The notes beneath the pieces were generated by a model. It worked only from the letters and a program-made list of their open reading frames with translations. It did no database searches and had not been told where the DNA came from. DNA of 63,270 nucleotides, the filler included, from Octopus bimaculoides (taxonomy: Eukaryota), in assembly GCF_001194135.2 (NCBI RefSeq). It is 8 parts of 6 records of this genome, joined end to end, with 100 filler letters (N's around TTAATTAATTAA, not from the genome) between each part and the next. Parts side by side here need not be neighbours in the genome. Positions count along the whole stretch, not along the records: positions 58,210 to 63,270 come from NC_068982.1; 7 more parts are not named here. One strand, written 5' to 3'. A program made the position numbers and the translations under genes. Each line of letters opens with the position of its first letter. The stretch's first letter is position 1. Below, piece by piece: positions 62,670-63,270 of the stretch.

Positions 62670-63231
62670 TCTCTCTCTTTCCTTCTTTTCTCTCTCTTCT
62701 CTCATTCCCTTCTGAGTAGGGTGAGCTAGAAGACCTTATGTCGATATGATCTATCTATCTATCTATCTATCTGTATATAACATACACAGATATGTATGTA
62801 ACATTACATCAATATACATACATAAATACATACATACATACATACATATATATATGCATATATATATGTGTGTGTGGGGGGTGTATATATATATGTATAC
62901 ATGTATATATATAAATACATACATATATGTTATATATACGTATGCACATATATAAACACATAAATATGCACATATAAATATATATACATGCATATCTATA
63001 TATATGTTTATGTAATTGTTGTACATTGTACTACAATAAATATGCCTATCTTTGTGTAGAGACATTCACATCCACCCACATATATACGCATGCACAAATG
63101 CACAAACACATGTGTATGTATGTGTATATATATATTTATATATACGCGCACATGCATACATATATGTGTGTATGTAAACACACACATACATATATATATG
63201 TATACTCATGCGTGTATATGTATCAATATAA

Positions 63232-63270
<39 letters not shown>
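62600..63270. repeat. (CT)n then compound TA/CA/TG low-complexity DNA
   Basis: Direct inspection. Confidence 0.9.

Overview
AT-rich (TA/CA/AAT microsatellite-dense) eukaryotic genomic DNA, almost certainly a coleoid cephalopod and probably Octopus. This is inferred from the tRNA-derived SINE families, RTE/Penelope content and TTAGGG repeats; no search was run. Seven identical 100-bp spacers (44 N + TTAATTAATTAA + 44 N) split the window into eight blocks whose adjacency is not supported by sequence. Only two host exons can be identified with confidence, both orphaned on the + strand: a catalytic exon of a group XII secreted phospholipase A2 (29262-29430) and an exon of the SNF2 translocase ERCC6L/PICH (57690-57820). 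The rest is mostly transposable elements: about 25 copies of three tRNA-SINE families, RTE LINE pieces with a VNTR in the 3'UTR, a Tx1/L1-type and a Dong/R4-type LINE end, Penelope-like elements (RT and GIY-YIG halves, both with microsatellite-encoded poly-Asn), a DD36E Tc1, DD37D maT and DD34D mariner relics, and several MITEs, one carrying telomeric repeats. The most interesting unexplained layer is a dispersed set of hammerhead-ribozyme motifs (one with an intact core at 56736-56794, minus strand) and a perfect 68-bp-arm palindrome. Family names and homologies are from memory of conserved motifs, not database hits.
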